A stretch of DNA of 63,912 bases, the filler included, from Rhabdomonas costata (lineage: Eukaryota), in assembly GCA_019059605.1 (NCBI GenBank). It is 13 parts of 13 records of this genome, joined end to end, with 100 filler letters (N's around TTAATTAATTAA, not from the genome) between each part and the next. Parts side by side here need not be neighbours in the genome. Positions count along the whole stretch, not along the records: positions 9,825 to 14,790 come from JAHMHO010000144.1; positions 14,891 to 19,708 come from JAHMHO010000145.1; positions 19,809 to 24,628 come from JAHMHO010000146.1; 10 more parts are not named here. The stretch is one strand, 5' to 3'. Each line of letters opens with the position of its first letter. Position 1 is the stretch's first letter. A program made the translations under genes and the position numbers. This document shows, in pieces, positions 12,110-24,249 of the stretch. The notes beneath the pieces are model-generated. The model had not been told where the DNA came from. It was given only the letters and a program-made list of their open reading frames with translations, and made no database searches.

Positions 12110-12430
12110 GCACTGATTTTGAAGAGGAACGTAGTTCTCCAGGCAGAACCGGTACACCTTCTCCAGGTGTCCGGCCTTGCCCCGGACTAGGGCCTGCAAC
12201 CCGGCCTCTGCCTTCTCCCGGCACCCCCCTGCCCCCACCGCCGCCAGGCACGCCAGCGCGGGGGCCATGTCTCGTCCCCCATCCTCTGTGGACCGGTACA
12301 GTTCCATCGGCCGCTGACGCGCCACGTCCCACAAAATGGTGGTGAGATTGTAGGCCCAGGCCTCGTCGTAGGCCTCCGTGGCAGCGCAGAGGTCATCGTG
12401 GCGGGAGGTTTCTGCGGGTTCCGCGGCCAT
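12110..12430 (-). CDS. Hypothetical protein exon
   Basis: GC-rich, protein-like open frame MAAEPAETSRHDDLCAATEAYDEAWAYNL...YRFCLENYVPLQNQC ending at a GTGAGT donor. No family recognised. Confidence 0.4.
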
Positions 12431-12748
12431 GCCGGGCACGAAGGCTTTCCACCCCAGTGAGACAACCCGGTAGCGCTCCCCTGTGTGATACCCGTTCCCT
12501 CTGTTCCCACAGTAAATGTGTCGGCATCTGGATTCGCAACGAGGTTTGTGTGCGGGTGTCTTGACGGGGCGGTTAGTGATTCTAGCGTGTAGCGTGGGTT
12601 CTTTGTGGCCATCCTCTTGTCTTCCTGGCCGTACTGGTCGCGAACACCACATCGGAATAATATATAAGCCCAGAGCCCCGTGAACCATCCGCTGCTTTCA
12701 TAGCCTGGCACTTCCACAGAACCGTACAACTTCTCATGGCCTTTGATA

Positions 12749-13169
12749 NNNNNNNNNNNNNNNNNNNNNNNNNNNNNNNNNNNNNNNNNNNNNNNNNNNN
12801 NNNNNNNNNNNNNNNNNNNNNNNNNNNNNNNNNNNNNNNNNNNNNNNNNNNNNNNNNNNNNNNNNNNNNNNNNNNNNNNNNNNNNNNNNNNNNNNNNNNN
12901 NNNNNNNNNNNNNNNNNNNNNNNNNNNNNNNNNNNNNNNNNNNNNNNNNNNNNNNNNNNNNNNNNNNNNNNNNNNNNNNNNNNNNNNNNNNNNNNNNNNN
13001 NNNNNNNNNNNNNNNNNNNNNNNNNNNNNNNNNNNNNNNNNNNNNNNNNNNNNNNNNNNNNNNNNNNNNNNNNNNNNNNNNNNNNNNNNNNNNNNNNNNN
13101 NNNNNNNNNNNNNNNNNNNNNNNNNNNNNNNNNNNNNNNNNNNNNNNNNNNNNNNNNNNNNNNNNNNNN
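12749..13169. other. Scaffolding gap (Ns) inside one contig
   Basis: N run without the TTAATTAATTAA spacer. Confidence 0.98.
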
Positions 13170-13589
13170 ACATATGACAACGCTTTCACCGCCGATATAG
13201 TGATCCCAACTTAACATACGAGTTTTCATCAAGACGTCGTTAAAAGGAAAAGGCAGGGCCAATTGTGTCACCCATGACTGGTACATTCATCACTCCCCGC
13301 ACCACTTGTAGATCCAGTCCAAACGGGAAAAGCCACACCCTTTACCCTTCCGACTGCGGAGGACTCGTGGATGCGGTTGGATGGATGGGCACGTTCGGCG
13401 AACTTCGAGAAAGTTCCAGAAACTGGACGACGGACAACCTGCCGCTGCCTGTCTGCAGCCTAGCACCGGTACAGAGTTTCATTTCTACAGTCATATGGTG
13501 CGCTTAATCTCAAAATGAGAGTTTTGAGATGCTAACCGCAAACGATATAAAACCCTGAAAAAAAACCTGACCTCAAAAATAAAAAAGAC

Positions 13590-14743
13590 CTTCCGGGGTT
13601 ACAGCGGGATGGTGGTCCGCAGGCAGCCCCGACTTCTGCCACAACCGGAGCATCTCCAGGCAGCGGAAAGGGTGGTGGTCCTTGGTCATCATCGGGGACA
13701 GCACGAGCCGGTGGAACATATTCTGCAGGGAGGGCCCAATGAAAGGTGGGGGTGGGGGTGGTATGGTTGAAACTGGCTCAAAACTTTTGTGGTCAGGTAA
13801 AACATGGCAGCACTCTCAAAATGCCTTTCCTTTGTGTGCGGTTTTCTGTTACCACTGGTAACGATTACTGGTAACGGTTACCCCCCCCCCCCCCCCGAGA
13901 ACCTCAAGGGGTGGGTAAAAATGGAAGGTTGTTGTTGGAGCTCGCCGTTCGAGAAGCCGGACCAGAAGCTGGGGTGGAAAAGGCCCACCATATGGTAAGC
14001 CGCTTGAGCCGAAGCAGTTTTAAAACGTATGCTTATGACGTGTTTCTCATATCATTGAGGCTAAAATCATGTGTCCTGAGTTTACGTAACGTGCGTCAGC
14101 TGGATAAAACGGCAACGTTCTCAATGCTCCAGCAGGTGCTGGATTAAGTGTGTCCCATTAATAACATACTTTGACATGAAGAGGGAATGAGGTAAGTGCA
14201 ACTTTTCGAGGGAAACCAAAAATTCCGAAGGAAGCAGCGTGCTTGCACCACCTTTTATCAAGGTCATCGGTATCCGAAACCCACGGAAACAGAAAGCAAA
14301 ACACAGCAAATAAACCAAAACAGCGTCTCCAGCGGAGGAACTCTAACGGGCCTTCATCGGGCGAGCGGAGATCTCGAGGCAAAAAAAAAGCTGCGTTGTT
14401 CACGTCGCAACACGACCCCATCTCAACGCATAAAAGAATAGCCCAAAGCTCCCCCATCGGCATGAAAAACGTGTTCCCAGCTCACCGCCCAAGAGGAAAA
14501 CAAAGCCACACACAAAGCTGGAGGCCAACGTGAGAGGCCTCCTGAAGGATCGGCCACACCACGGACCACGAGCCCACGAAATTCACCCCGGGGTAGTATC
14601 GCAGGTGCAGCACCCGTCCCGGGACCTGCAGGGTGAGCTCTGGGTCGGGAGTGGGGTGGCTGGCCAGGATGTACTCCGTGGAGTAGCTGTCCACAGCGGC
14701 GTTGAGATCGCTAGCGAGCTGGTTCAGCGTCGTGTGAGAGCAC
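13590..14743 (-). CDS. Class-3 lipase / diacylglycerol-lipase-like C-terminal exons (14530-14743 and ~13590-13722), partial
   Basis: Phase-0 splice gives LTLQVPGRVLHLRYYP...LQEASH/NMFHRLVLSPMMTKDHHPFRCL, matching the PG.I.H ... F..I.lS..M..DH.P catalytic-His region of DAGL-like lipases. Confidence 0.65.
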
Positions 14744-14890
14744 CTGTGTGGCACACCCAGAATAACCTACAGATGGGCTGAGATCTCCCTNNNNNNNNNN
14801 NNNNNNNNNNNNNNNNNNNNNNNNNNNNNNNNNNTTAATTAATTAANNNNNNNNNNNNNNNNNNNNNNNNNNNNNNNNNNNNNNNNNNNN

Positions 14891-17800
14891 GGTGTGGGTT
14901 GTAATAGTTCCAAACTGGTAATTGTCGTCCTCTGCAGATGTAGAGCTGAAAAATGAGTTCAGCTGATTTCCACGGCGCTGCTGGGACGTAAGGGCGTATT
15001 TACTACTGCACAAAGGGTAGTATGTTGGCGAACTTAAAATTGCAGCTGAGTCCAGCGGCTGGACACAGTGATAATGGCAGGCTTCTGATACTGAATGTTC
15101 TGCAGGGTTCCACTGGATGTACATGTACATCCGGTGGTACATCTAGTAAAGGTAGAGCTTTTGATTGTCCACACAGGTTCGCACTGAGAAGAGTGCGTTT
15201 TACCATGTTGATAGCGTGTGTAAAAGACATCATTTTGCTGGACGCTCTCACTCGAGGGTGATGTGTGGTAGATATGTGATGTGTGGGAGGAGTGTGTGGC
15301 GGCTTGCAGAGGATTTATGCATTTGTATTAAAACAATCACAATACAAGAATGTACGCTACATTGTAAATTTAGAACAACATAATTCTTTTTTACCAGTGA
15401 AGTATAATGACCACAATTCACACGATAATACGGCTTGATGTGGAAGCATTTAATATCGGTGCACAAGTACGTCACATTAGTTCTTTATTATCTAATATGT
15501 GACAATATTTACAACAAACGAAGCCTGTAGCTTGTTTTTGGAAAGGATTGCGCTCAGTAATCAATTTCTAATCTGGTTTACACAAACGTGTGGGGATCAG
15601 ATACATATATGCATGTTTCTTTTGTTTCTATTGTAGTTCTGCGAGGTGAAATCAGTTTTTTGAGTTATATTGAGTTTGGTGGTTAGAAGGCGATGCTCGA
15701 GTTTGATGTGATTCTGTTAGAGGATTCGTAGTGTTTTAGATGGAAACGCTAGTGACTCCATTGTCTTCAGCGTGTGTCTTATTTCTAAAAAAAGCCTATA
15801 TATTAGTCTTGGTGACGATGTCTCTTCTCTGTTAGATTTCGTGGATTTCTTCGGGATAGTGTAGGTTATAGTTGATTGTGAATGATGAGGTTCTTTGGAG
15901 GTTGCTGATTATCAAGGGCATATGCGCTTTATATGTGCAGAAATTTTCTCAAGCGCATTTCATTCCGATCTGGAAGTGTGCTGTAGTTTTTCCAGTTTAC
16001 TCTTGCACCCTGACTTCTGCTTATTTGTTTACGTTACAGACCTCTTTTCCGATGTGTTCCTCTCGTTGATCTTGAAGAGCATTGCGACAATGTTTTACTA
16101 TTTCCTCAGGCTGTGCTGTAAGTCGTTCTGCGATGCATATAAAAACACTCTTAGCGGAGTTGTTTCAGTAGTTGGGAAGCAAGCGCAAATGGATACATTG
16201 ACATGCGACTTCTGTGAAAATTGATTTCCGTGGCTCATTTGATAGGCGCAAGAAGCTTGAAGTACTAAGGTGTTCTCACGCTACTGGATCACGTTGTCCT
16301 TGTAGCACTGAGTCTTGTGCGATAGCAACGTTTCGTATACATTTTACACTGTCCTGTTAAACGACTGAGATGTATCTGGTCGCAATGTTGGCTTACTATT
16401 TCGTGTGTACTGTGTGCACTGTGTACGACAATGGACTTGTGCCGTAAACACTCAAACGTTCTACCGCAATAATCACAAGCAACTTGCACCAACTGGTACG
16501 GTATTGTTACCAGTTGCCCAACGCTAGCGCAACACATTTTTCACTCACCAGTGTACTTACTTGGGATCAACGTGAACCGCAAGTCAAACATCAATAACGA
16601 CATCTAACCGCGTAAACAAGCAACCATATTTAAATGTCACGCAGTTACTAGTATCAACATAAAAATATCTATTACTCTGACTGAATGAATTTAATTCAGC
16701 GCATTTTATAAAACGTTATTCACTGTTTACCACAAAAAATACACTACGTATCCATGTCACAGATTGTAAGTATATACGTGCTCAACAAGCAGTGTGTAAT
16801 AATGGTAGTAATATGACAAGATAAATACCAGCTGGAACTATCACCAGTTATCATTACAAATACCGAATGTACCCATAACGTATAAATGCTGATTCATGCT
16901 ACCGTAATGCCAAGTGATACTGTAGTGACAAGCGTGAATGCTGAGATTAGTACTGAGTGTACAATCCAGATGACATGGTGTGCAATAATTCCGTCTAATA
17001 TGCTAAAAAGACACTGGAGATACGATGTGGTTGTAAATATAAAGCCACAAAAGATACCAATACTACAGTTATTATCACGTGTATTTACGATGGACATACG
17101 TCTCCCAACTTTTATTCCCGCGTTTTTGCTATTAATATCTTTTGATAAAAACTGTTTTACGCGTCACATCAAAAAGTCACAAATTACAAACGTGTGCACT
17201 AAATTAGGCGTTCTCGGGATTAGAAGATAAAACGGATGGTGAAAGCACATGACTTCAGTGCACATCGGTTGTGGTTATTCTTTTAATCGGATTGTAACAT
17301 CATAAGGTTACCTCTTAATTTTGATGTGACTCCGTCCGTATAAAACCAAATAAATAGAAACACTCAAATTGAACATCACACAAGTCAAGGATATAAAAAG
17401 TTGATCTCTTTTTAGAGTGGTGGTTTTTATCGATGTTCCACTCAAACAATCGCGCAAGAAAAAACAAGAGAGCAAATTTGTACGTCTTCAGTCACCAGAT
17501 TCCTGCACAGACTGTGTCATAAACAGCTGGTTTCTGTCCACATACAAGAACTTTAGAAAATAATTTCACCTCTTTTTCGACAGTTTTGTATCATGCTCAC
17601 ATCCGCCACCTCAAGGTGGAGGCTCTGTGCACTCACTGTTTCGCATTTGGCAGTGGGTGGGGTGTAGCACCGCTCGCATCTCCTTCCGAATGCAGCCCAT
17701 TGGCGCGCATTGCGTCCATGAATGCGTTCCATACGCAACAGCAAGCAGCTCCATCTGCTTAAAAATCGGTGCAATCGAGTCCATCCAAGAGTCAAGAGTC

Positions 17801-19100
17801 AGCAGCGCCTGTTTCAACACAGCCGCCCAAGCCTTCGGAGCTCACTTCTCGTAAACGCCAGCACGCGGCAAAAACCGCAACGGCATCTCAAGGAATTGTC
17901 TTGCAATCCTCTGCAGACTTTGCATCAAAGAAGATCCAGCCACTTCTCTCATCTGTTTGCAGCACTCCTGTTACTGCTAGATTTGACATACTGCGTGACA
18001 TTGGGACAGTGGAACCAATGCCTGCAACGCCTCACATGACACGCCTCACGTGACACAAGATCCCAATAAGTGGATGCTTGTAAAGAACTATCTCAGGGAA
18101 GTGTGTCGTTTCAAGGTAACGGGGAACTGTGGGGCCATACGAACAAGTATCAGGCCCGCTTTAACTTCCAAGAGCAGTTGGTTCAGCACATTTGCGGGCA
18201 CTGATCAATGGAGACAAGCCGCGGAGCAGCACACAGCTTGCTCAGCCGTGTATGTAGCAGCCTAGCTTGCCTCAATCTAGTGCACGGTGTGCATTTCGGA
18301 CCGACAGCACCCACGTATACATTTGCAAAGAAATGGTATAGCATAGAGTACAAAGTGCCATTCTCTTCCAAGCTCATATTATATTAACCAAGGGAAGCTG
18401 GAGGACTCTTTGCACAGCTTTACAATAGGAGTGTTTAAGCAGTGGTACCATCTAGCGCACACGCTGCTTCACATCCGCCTCAGGTTTTTAGCAGAATGAT
18501 GGAGGCAGCTGTAAAACCGTTACATCTTCACAGCCTTCTAAGCCCATTTTGAATCCATTGCAAGATGACAGAAGGCTGCGTCAGTGCGATTCGGAAGCAG
18601 TGCCTCTGCCACTATTTTGTTCCTCCGCTGCAGAAACGTCAGAGGGCAAAGCCACTCCAGCAGTAGCCACCGCCACGTGCGGTGCTGCAGTCTGGCACGC
18701 AATGCTGTCAAGTGCATCGGATATGCACTAGCAGCTGACTCTGAATCCAGCACTGAGACCACAACATGACCCAGCTCCACTCCAAGTTTCATATGCAACA
18801 TACACAGCTGTAGTCCCATAATACATAAACAACTCACCAGCACAGTCCTCTGCGCAACGGGAGCGACAGCACAACCTGTGTCGCACAGCACTACAAGAGA
18901 ATTCGGAAGCGCAATCCCAGTGCATTGGACCTTAATCCAGCACAGCACACCACCACCGAATCCGCCCAGCCTAAGGTACAACAACGTCAGCAGTGCATGT
19001 GTGTTCTACAACTCATAACCGCACGTGCAATGCTGGCAGTTTGCTTTCAGCAGCTCGACGCACAGCAGTATCCACTTATCTGTGCTAATAGCACAACTGG
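14891..19100 (-). pseudogene. Decayed intron-less coding-like island: AT-rich ~15300-17500, TG/CA-rich ~17500-19100; origin unassigned
   Basis: Protein-like minus-strand stretches broken by many stops, including a RING-like remnant CTDIKCFHIKPYYRVNCGH...LQCSVHSC. Composition differs visibly from the host exons. Confidence 0.3.
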
Positions 19101-19890
19101 AAAAGAGAAAATTAATTAATTTCCTCAGTTTTTGTACAATTAATGAATCTATTATGGTCTGTGTTATCTTGAGATTTTTGATTAATTTTGTTTGAAAATT
19201 AAAGCCTAACAATGCAAATTTTGTTGAGTACAAACTGGGATAAACCAATGTCGTTTTTAAGACACTTTTTTGTGGTTTCCTGTGAATTGAAAACGGCAAA
19301 TGCATTGAATAAGGACTTAATAATTACTCAAAACACAACATTTCATTAAATATAACAAACTAGTGTCCGCCAATACGAGTGAAAAAGAAAAAGGGCGAAA
19401 CGTGTAATCTGTGGGCAGTTAGCAGTAAGCAGATAGGGCTGCCATTGGCTGTTAATAACGGGTTTGATATTAAGCAACCACGTTGCACTGATAGCTACGG
19501 GTGAACTCACAGAGTAATTATTTTAGGGCAATAACTCAGTGAAAGCATAGTTGCATTCAGCCCACCAAACTCCCGTGGGCACAGCAGACACAAATCAGAA
19601 TTCTCAACCCTGCCTCAGTAAAACCGTAATGCTAATGCATCAATGCTGCAATGCATCCTCTCTGGGTTTGAACGAATTGTAGGCGGCGTGCACCAAATCG
19701 GACTCACANNNNNNNNNNNNNNNNNNNNNNNNNNNNNNNNNNNNNNNNNNNNTTAATTAATTAANNNNNNNNNNNNNNNNNNNNNNNNNNNNNNNNNNNN
19801 NNNNNNNNAAAAAAAGGAAAAATTAGCACTTTCCTATTTAGTATGTCTTGCATTTAAGCGTTGTTTGTTTGTGGTTGTCCGCCTTCCCAG

Positions 19891-20190
19891 GCTGCTTGTC
19901 ACCAATACTTCCTGGCCACCCACTCTGGAGCCTCCGAAGAATCCCTCTTTGTCAATCCGGTGCAGTACTACTCTGCCTCCAGGCGCTACGTAGAGGTGAG
20001 TGCTTACCTGTGCCTACTTGCGATTGTGTATCTGGAGTATCTGGTCTTCAGGGGGCTTGATGTGCCTTCGTTTGGGTGGGGTATCCTTTCACAGACCCTG
20101 AACGCGGAGTCCTCACGTTCACCAACCACAGCATTGGCAGCGTCTCCGAAACCGGAAACGACAATGGGCACTTCGGTGGCCCGTGAGTGA
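19891..20190 (+). CDS. PRIM2: DNA primase large subunit (PriL/PRIM2), last two exons (19891-19995, 20095-20190), 5'-partial
   Basis: AACHQYFLATHSGASEESLFVNPVQYYSASRRY resembles the PriL Fe-S domain C-terminus AC..YF..TH......P..Y...S. The first exon has a CAG acceptor and GTGAGT donor, both phase 0. Confidence 0.65.
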   Translation, partial: AACHQYFLATHSGASEESLFVNPVQYYSASRRYVEVSAYLCLLAIVYLEYLVFRGLDVPSFGWGILSQTLNAESSRSPTTALAASPKPETTMGTSVARE

Positions 20191-20199
20191 CGGAGGAGG

Positions 20200-23100
20200 A
20201 ACTCCTCTTTTGTTCCTTTTTTGCTAGCCTGAGCTCTTCAGCTCTGTCAGGCTTGCTGCAGTCTTTCCAGTCTTGCATTGCGGACCCTTGTACTCGTATG
20301 ATGGTGTTCAAAAGCTAGGTCCTGATCATGTCCTTCCTCTTTTTCGGTTTGAATGGGGTTTAAACAGGCTGCTTCGCAGTGCATCGCGGATGTCGAATTC
20401 TGCTTTGTTGCCCCATTTGCTGCGTGTTTCGAAGATCCCAGTGCTGTGGCCTACCTGATGGGCAGGACTGTTCCATCTTACGCAAACTTTGGGAGGCGGG
20501 TATCGCATACATATCCCTCCTCCCGCGGCTTCCGATGACCTACTTTCTGTTGGACGTGGATCAAGGGTTTCTGCAATAGTCGAGCCAAAGCGCAAAATGC
20601 GTCCCATCGTGCAGGTTGAATTCCGGCCAAAATGTCAACCCGCTTGCTCACCTGAACTCCCATAAGAGGCGCCAGTACCGCTACTACTAACACTAGTAGT
20701 GAATTGCAAGTTTTCCCCAAAGGCCTCAACCGGTGGAACCCTATTTTTGGGTTGGATTCTACGTTGGCCTATCTGGGACCCGAAATCCCCCTTTATACAT
20801 TCGCACAGAACTCGGTTATCAGAAGCATTAGTTGGAGGCATGGCGGTGCATTCAATCCCTCTCGCCCAGTAAATTTTGAAGGCAAAAGCCCTTATAGGAA
20901 ACAAATCGGCATGCGGCCAAATACACAATACTAGTCCGCTAGCAGGCCGGTTTTGGGTCTCGGCCAACTGTTCCGGTTGAAAAGCGTCCGATGCACAACG
21001 ATCTCTTCGAAATGGAGGGTAAGAGAGGTGTTGGTGCACGCGCCGAACGCAGCCCGCAGCATGCCGATGACATGTTGGAAGCGGCCATTTTCAGGAAGTT
21101 GGCGTAACGGGTGGACCTAGGCATGGTTCCGTCAACGAAAAAATCCGAGCCCTCTTCCCCAAGAGACCCGGGCCCATTGAGCCACCGACGCGCGTCGGCG
21201 TCGAAGTTGCCGGGTACAACGCGCGCAAGCTGACACCGACTCTTCCCAAGTAACGTCCGTACTCGGGGCGCAACACCACCACCATAGAACCCATGACAAC
21301 ATCCAGGACGAGCTCGTGCGCTACGTTTATCGCAAAGGCCGCTGGCTTTCTGAGACTTGCGCAATGGTTTGGAGCCGTTCGTCTGGCTCCACGGCGGAGG
21401 GGGAGCGAGATAATACGACCCACTGTTGTACTCGAGACGCTGCGCCTTCCAGTGTCACACTTTGTGCTTCATCAAGCTTAGGGGCAATTGCGAACTTTCT
21501 CCATGAGAATCGTGGCTGGTGGTAGAGCGCCTGGCTGTCACCAGTGCCACTGGGCGTATGGATGCGCACCGGCTCCCGAAACATGCGCCGCGGCAACGGG
21601 GAGTGTAGTGGACGACGCCAGTCTGCAACGGATTGGTATGTGAGCTGGGGCGGTTGGTATTTTGACGTGTGGTCTCGGGTGTACAGAGTGGTCCATTTCC
21701 ATCGGCGGCTGTTGGGTCAGGCGTGTGAGGAGAGATGCCCAAGGCATACGGCTCGTCGTCTTTGGTGGTATCCTCGGAACCGCATCATGCCGCTTCGTGC
21801 CATGTGAGTTGCCGCCATCAGCCACTCAGCCGCTGACAGCGCATTCCCACCTTGGCGTACATGTCAGAGGCCGTCTCGTTCGCACAGGCGCAGCTAGTCT
21901 TCAGCTGCATGATAAGCTTTTTTGTGAACGAAATGGTCTGCTCCACCAGGAGTCTCTCCTGGCGCATCCTGCGCCATGGCATCCATGCAGGTACAGATTA
22001 TCATTGTGCTGCTGTGTATTGTCCAAATGATCTGTGTCCCAGCCAGTCCGCGACCATACCGTGAACTCCAAAGCGTGTGGGCCTTTGGGAAGCAGGAGCA
22101 GGAAAAGTATGTCGGCGGGTATTAAGGAGCTTTTGGAGGCGCTGTGCATTCAGTTCCAAGATGTTCCAGTCTATGAAGATGGCATAATGTGCCATAGTGT
22201 GTCGCCGTTGCTTATAAGCATCGCCAGACGTGACGTGGACACAGTTCCTATGTGTCATGTGGTGCCCATTCCACCGTGTTTTCTGCATAGGCTGGCCTGC
22301 AAGCATGCTGCCGTGGTGAGCGAAATACAGATAATGGTCTGGAGAGTGTCCATGTTATCGTTGGGTCAGTCCACTCGTCACTTGGCGCTGAATCCGACAG
22401 AAAGCAAGGCAGGCGTTGATAATTTCCAGTTCCTGGCGAGTTATTGCACGACCATGCGTCCGACCGCTTGCAAAACACTGTGTCAGCGTTTTGGTGCCGC
22501 TTTGGATGCGCGGTTGGACCAGATGACAGCGGTACCACCAGGTAGGTGCGCACGTAGTTTGTTTGGGTTGATGGCACCTAACTGAGACCATTCGGAAAAT
22601 GGTATGGACCGTCGTAGTACATCTCGCACTTGCGCTCCTTGATGTCAAGCCAGATGGTGTGAAGCTTCTCTTTAATGTAGAGCGCGCGCCACTCCTCGGG
22701 GTTAGGCGTTGAGCACACCGTCGTCCATTCCAGGCCGAGTCCGCGGAGAATTGGCTCTATGGAAATACAGAAGACTGGGGCGACAGTGTGTACACTTGAA
22801 GCAATCCACTGGTGGCGCTAAATGCTAAGCCTTCACTGACCATAGGCATGGCATCCTAGAGAGACCAGCGGACCAGGCATCCAACAGTGGGTAGATGCCA
22901 GCAAGGCGTTGGTCCGGGGGTCAAAGGCCCATTCGCGGACCGTGCATATCTGGGCTCCGTTCCACCCCGTTGTGAATCCCAGCCACCAACAGCGGGGCTT
23001 TCACATCCTGACGGGTGCCATGTTTGACACCAAGTTCCAGCGCCAGTCTTCGGGGCCAGCCCGACCACCAAATCGATCCAATATAATGGCGCACCCGCTC

Positions 23101-24060
23101 ACAGCATCCCACAATGTAGCAGAAACAAAGCGTATGATGCAATCACACCGCAGCAATGCTAGTCTAAATGGCAAGACACAGCACCCCACTCCACCGCCAC
23201 CCCGACCCACACCACACATGCCAGCATTCACCCTTCCACTCTGCCGGCCGGCAGACTTTTCCGGCACAAGCCCACAGGCATATTACGCATTGTTTCTGTT
23301 TTACCTCAGGCCTACGTGCGCACTGTTTTCTGCTTGGCGCCACGCTTGCAAAATCTTGGGCTGGTCCTCAGCACCATCTCAGCGGAGCATGATAGAGTCG
23401 AATGACAATGCCATGAAGCAGCCTGAGTGAAAGGATGGAGGCATAAATTCTAAAGTCAAGCTGTGTACCAAAGCATCGTGGAGTGTAGCAGCTATTGTTG
23501 CGAGCAATGAATAGAATTAGTAGGCTTGCTGAAGGCCGAATGAGTTGAATGGGTTGCCATGGCAGAAGCTGACCCTCATGGTGAACCAACCCACTGGAGT
23601 GGAGCGACGGGAGGGTGGAGAAGGAAAAGGCCTACATGGAGAGCAGAGTGAGAACAGAGGATTGGATGGGAAGCCTCAAGGCAGTGAAGCCGCATTGCGG
23701 GGAATGATTAAGCAGCAGAATCGCGGCAATGGAGCAGAGTGATGGGAGGATTTGTGATGGTGGCGGTTTTGATATATAAGTCATGGCATTGTGTGCCATT
23801 TCCCACAATTTGCTGCGCATCAAAGGTATTTGTAGCCGCTCGGTCGTCATTATCATTCTTCACCAGCAAATGGTCCACGGTGCAAGGTCGGTACCGCGGT
23901 CGAGAAAAAGCGACCAGTGACACGGCGCCACCCAATAGACAAACGCTAAACGGCAAGAAGTAGGAACGAAGATGAATGAAGAGAATTAAGCACAACAGGC
24001 CAGAAAAGACCAAAAACAACAACACCAGCACACCCAACAGCCAACAACACCAGCACACCC
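20200..24060 (-). pseudogene. Long frameshifted, stop-riddled coding remnant, probably mobile-element derived, unassigned
   Basis: Protein-like segments hop between minus frames over ~3.8 kb with no intron signals, e.g. ELVLDVVMGSMVVVLRPEYGRYLGRV and EEWRALYIKEKLHTIWLDIKERKCEMYYDGPYHFPNG. Confidence 0.3.
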
Positions 24061-24249
24061 AACAGCGCGCACAGCAGGAACCCCAACAAAAGAGATGTGC
24101 TCCAAAGGCCCTTGAGCAGAGTTGTTAAAGATTGTCATTCTAAGATTTTCATCACAACTATTTTACTGAATTAATTTAACACAGCAGGGATTAAGCAACA
24201 GAAGAGCATCAGGTAATCGAAGGCACCAATAGGCACCAATAGGCACCAA
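24021..24249. repeat. Short tandem duplications
   Basis: AACACCAGCACACCCAACAGC twice (24021-24066). AGGCACCAAT about three times (24221-24249). Confidence 0.85.

Noticed and set aside
12187-13286. ORF-track entries running through Ns
   Set aside because: Artefacts of translating the gap.
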